From: Phoronis australis | Lineage: Eukaryota; Animalia; Phoronida | NCBI GenBank assembly: GCA_002633005.1 | Contig: NMRA01000063.1 | Coordinates: forward strand, 806,267 to 859,864 | Reading direction: 5' to 3' | Length of the DNA stretch: 53,598 nucleotides | Position numbers and translations under genes: made by a program | Notes under the pieces: model-generated | What the model was told of the DNA's origin: nothing | The model's database searches: none | What the model saw: the letters and a program-made list of their open reading frames with translations, nothing else | Shown here: positions 50,376 through 53,598 of the stretch, piece after piece | Layout: every line of letters starts with the position of its first letter | Position numbering within the stretch: position 1 is the first letter of the stretch

Positions 50376-50571
50376 ATATCACCCTACGGTAAACCTACAC
50401 CCCCCTAAACAGTTACTCATTTCAAAGTAAAGCGAATAAAATCAAATGAAACATGCATATGTACTTATGGAGTTATAATTAATACATACCATGACTGGAG
50501 ACGTACAATCTACTTAGTACAACATAATTTGAACATATATATGCTATCTCTGTATCTCTCTTGAAACACCT

Positions 50572-51074
50572 GGCAGTTATCACAGTCTCTATCTGGCCGA
50601 CTAGAGATGGTGGAGGTACTATAGGAGCTTCGTATGCTGGAAACTTTGCTGCGAGTTATGCCTTACACTGATTAAAACATCAAAGTCATGTTGTTATAAA
50701 TACCTTTTGGGCATAGTGGGACACCTTAGGAGGTCGTCAGTGTATTTGATTCCTTCCAACTTGAAGAACTACTCCCATTATCAAACTTTTTCTTCAAGTA
50801 GTCCCTTGCCCAGTTCCCGAAATCAGTAATTCGCCTTTCTTAACACTGTACGGGGCAGGTGGTATGACGTGCGCACTGTAAAAATGGCGAGTTACCAATT
50901 TTATATCGACGGCCTCCTACGGTATCGACCTCTATGTGCAACAGGTGTTTATAACACCGTGACTTTGATGTTTTAGTCAGTGTGAGGCGAGGCATAATTC
51001 GCCGAAAAGCTTTTGGCGTATGAAGCTCCTATGGGAGCTCCACCATCTCTACTGAGCCAGCGGTGATTACTGTC
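50572..51074. mobile_element. ~500-bp MITE/foldback element with ~130-bp diverged TIRs
   Basis: tagagatggtggag...aaaacatcaaagtca..tgttataaa.acct (50593-50706) is inverted at 50943-51060; a further arm occurs at ~37833-38410. Confidence 0.65.
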
Positions 51075-51585
51075 TATTGAAATACTTCACACTCAAAGTC
51101 GAGGATTCTGAAGTGGCACATATTACAAAATTAAAAGTGCAATGGTGAGATGTGTATGTACAAGAGTGTAGTGTGAGGGTGGAGTGCAATGTGCACCAAG
51201 TGCTGTGATAACATGAGAGCAGGGCTCTCTGGAAGTGATTCAGAGAGGCAGCACCAATGACATGGACAGGTAATGCGTACACTGAGGTGTCATGAAGTAC
51301 ATACTGTGGCACCTATGTGTAGAGGTCGTAATGTAGGTAATTTGAATGGCGATTGACTGATGGACAATTTTATAAAATGTAGAAAGTTTGGAGAAGTAGC
51401 GGCGGACTTTGAGGGTTTGCCAGTTTAGTGATTCAATCGATTCACTGACAGGATGTATCATGATATCTATTCAGGATAAATCTTGCGGCTCATCCCAGCA
51501 CAATCTTGTTAGTAAGAACTTTTGTCTGGTGTGACCATACTGTTGAGCAGTACTCTAGTTTTGGTTGCATGGGTGTCTTTTCACT
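51075..51585 (-). pseudogene. CR1/L2-group LINE 3' remnant
   Basis: QPKLEYCSTVWSH...AARFILNRY; LNWQTLKVRRYFSKLSTFYKIVH. Confidence 0.75.
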
Positions 51586-51591
51586 TGCTAA

Positions 51592-53598
51592 CAGGGCTCG
51601 ACGCTATTAAAATTGCCAGGTCGCATTTTGTGACCTAGCCAAAATCCCAGGTCGCATTTTCAAAATACAGCTCGCATTCGTAAATGCCAGGTTGCAAAAT
51701 TTTCCTGCCATTTTTACGCGCCAAAATAGATTTTTTAGATCACCGAGATTATGCTCTTACCTGCAGCGTTAAATACTCACAAATTTCGGATCTCAAAATT
51801 GATTTCATTCATGCAGGTACGGCCTTACTGTTCTTCACGACCGCCATTGAAAGACTCTAGAGCGCAAGGCAAGTTTCCGACGTGAAAGTTGAATCAGTGC
51901 TCTCTAACTGACTTGTGCATTCGAGTAGCTAAATTTGCGATGTGAAAAGGGAGAAAATGCCCGTTGAAAAAGTATCCGGGATTTTGTTAGATCTGGCCTG
52001 CTACTGGCTGTCATCAAAGTCGTTAACGATTCAAAATAACTCGGCTAATGGCGAGTTTGCTTCTCAATACCTTCCAAGTACGGGAAAAATAGGTCAGTCA
52101 CAAAACGACACGCATGTCAATAGTGTTAACTTTCTTTACGAGATATAAAACAAAACCGGGATTTGGTTTTTACATATTGTGAAAAGAAGTTTTTGAAAAC
52201 TGAAGTTGTGTAAAATGAAAGTGACACACCACATAAGCTGCGTGTCAATTTTAAAACACGCGGTCGTTTGTGGTGCGCTATGATGGGCGCTAGCTTGAAC
52301 TGTGGGCGCTTAGTTGGAAATTCTCAACATTTAAGAGGGGACTGTTAATAGATCAGTGAGCGCTTATTATGAAACACTTTAAAGGTAGGGACTGGGCTTG
52401 TGTGTGAGCATAGTCCTTAACCTCAGTGTTTGCGGTAATAAGATATTAAAACACTGCAATGGTAAGAAACGTTATAACAATACGATTTTGCGAGGCAAAC
52501 TCCATCTAGTAAGGGTGACTTTCTGGATATCGTTACCACCTACATTGTACCCTTTTTAGCCACCCAGAATGGTTTTGTTTTTAACTGCCTGCTTCAGCCG
52601 GAACAAGGTTGTTTCTATAGGAGTCTGAACATTTTACGGCGACGGTGGTTCGGGGAGCGAAAAGTTGCCGGGGGGTGTATGAAAAGAAGAATAAAAAGTT
52701 CGCTAACTTGAACCACAATTTCGCATCTAGTGCCAGTTTAGTTGCAATAGCTGGCTACGGCATAGAATACAGGATTTACAGAACATCGACCTCGAGAAAC
52801 ATCGGAACAGGAAAACGTCAGTTCTGGGTTATATCGGTCCCGGAACATCGGGCCTTTTATAACGCTGGGAATCTGAGTTCATTTTCAAATAAACCAGAGC
52901 CAAGCTGGTATACTCTTTCATTTAGGACTGCCGCTGTTCTTTGAAGTGGTGTGTACGCGCGAGTTCACGCACTTGAATCGCTGGAGTAGGCCTACACTTT
53001 ACGTTGGCAACAACGTGTGAAAGACAAATCATATTTCATGCACGTAGCCCCAGAAACAAGTAAAGGGTTTGAGAATTTCTTGGCAACTGAAAGCAAAGAC
53101 GTGACCATCGTTTGGCGATTAATAAGGTTGTCATTTTCACTTTGGCTGTCTTAATACGATAAAAAGGAGAAGCACATCTCAGTCTAAGTCACGATTGTCT
53201 GAAAGGGACCGCTTGCGCACTAACGGTGCCAAAGTGCGATATCAGGGAAATTGTCATGGATATTTGGTACATGTAATAATGATGAAATGTGAAAATATGT
53301 GAAAAATAAACATGTTTGTCCACCACAAAGTTTGGTAAGTTGATCGCTTAAGAATTAGTAGAAACACCGTCGTTTTGTGAAGTTTTATCACGTGTTAAGC
53401 AATGGCCCGAAACTTTCTTCGGCGAATCCGTAAATTTACAAAAGTGTCGGAAAGTGTTAGCCAATGAAACGCGTCAAAGATCGATTCTGCATATCCCATG
53501 TTCACGCGACTTGCTTACAAGTCATTGGGGGGCTGTTCTTGGTTAGTGTTCTTTTGAACTTGGATTTGGCAACAACCAAATAATGGTCGGATTAACAA
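51592..53598 (-). mobile_element. Non-autonomous hAT-like element family 2, copy 3 (runs off window)
   Basis: Begins CAGGGCTCGAC; reverse complement of 26219-28547 over ~2 kb. Confidence 0.9.

Overview
AT-rich, repeat-dense eukaryotic DNA, probably from an invertebrate animal, with three assembly gaps (~2080-2203, ~21666-21758, ~32114-32133). There are two host genes, both on the minus strand. One is a DHHC palmitoyltransferase (35378-36352). The other is the 5' part of a LARP7-like La-motif gene, whose three coding exons (24419-24532, 22900-22978, 16554-16657) I assembled by hand because the ORF track misses most of them. The rest is mostly nested mobile DNA: a decayed, intron-containing hAT transposase element with 5-bp TSDs plus a 158-bp MITE of the same family; a second 5-bp-TSD hAT-like family (3 copies); TTAA-flanked THAP-remnant Kolobok-like elements (4 copies, one nested in another); a Gypsy integrase remnant; solo LTRs; tRNA-derived SINEs; Hero-like and CR1-like LINE remnants; MITEs and minisatellites. 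The most notable item is a 546-bp non-coding LTR retrotransposon (TRIM) at 28562-29107. Its ~152-bp LTRs contain a tRNA-like Pol III A/B-box module, it has a tRNA-Ser PBS and a PPT, and a matching solo LTR with a 4-bp TSD lies at 50224-50375 (Helenus/Cassandra-type architecture). Also notable are a solo LTR with several perfect heat-shock elements and a minisatellite apparently amplified from a LARP7 splice donor. All calls were made by eye; no database searches were run.
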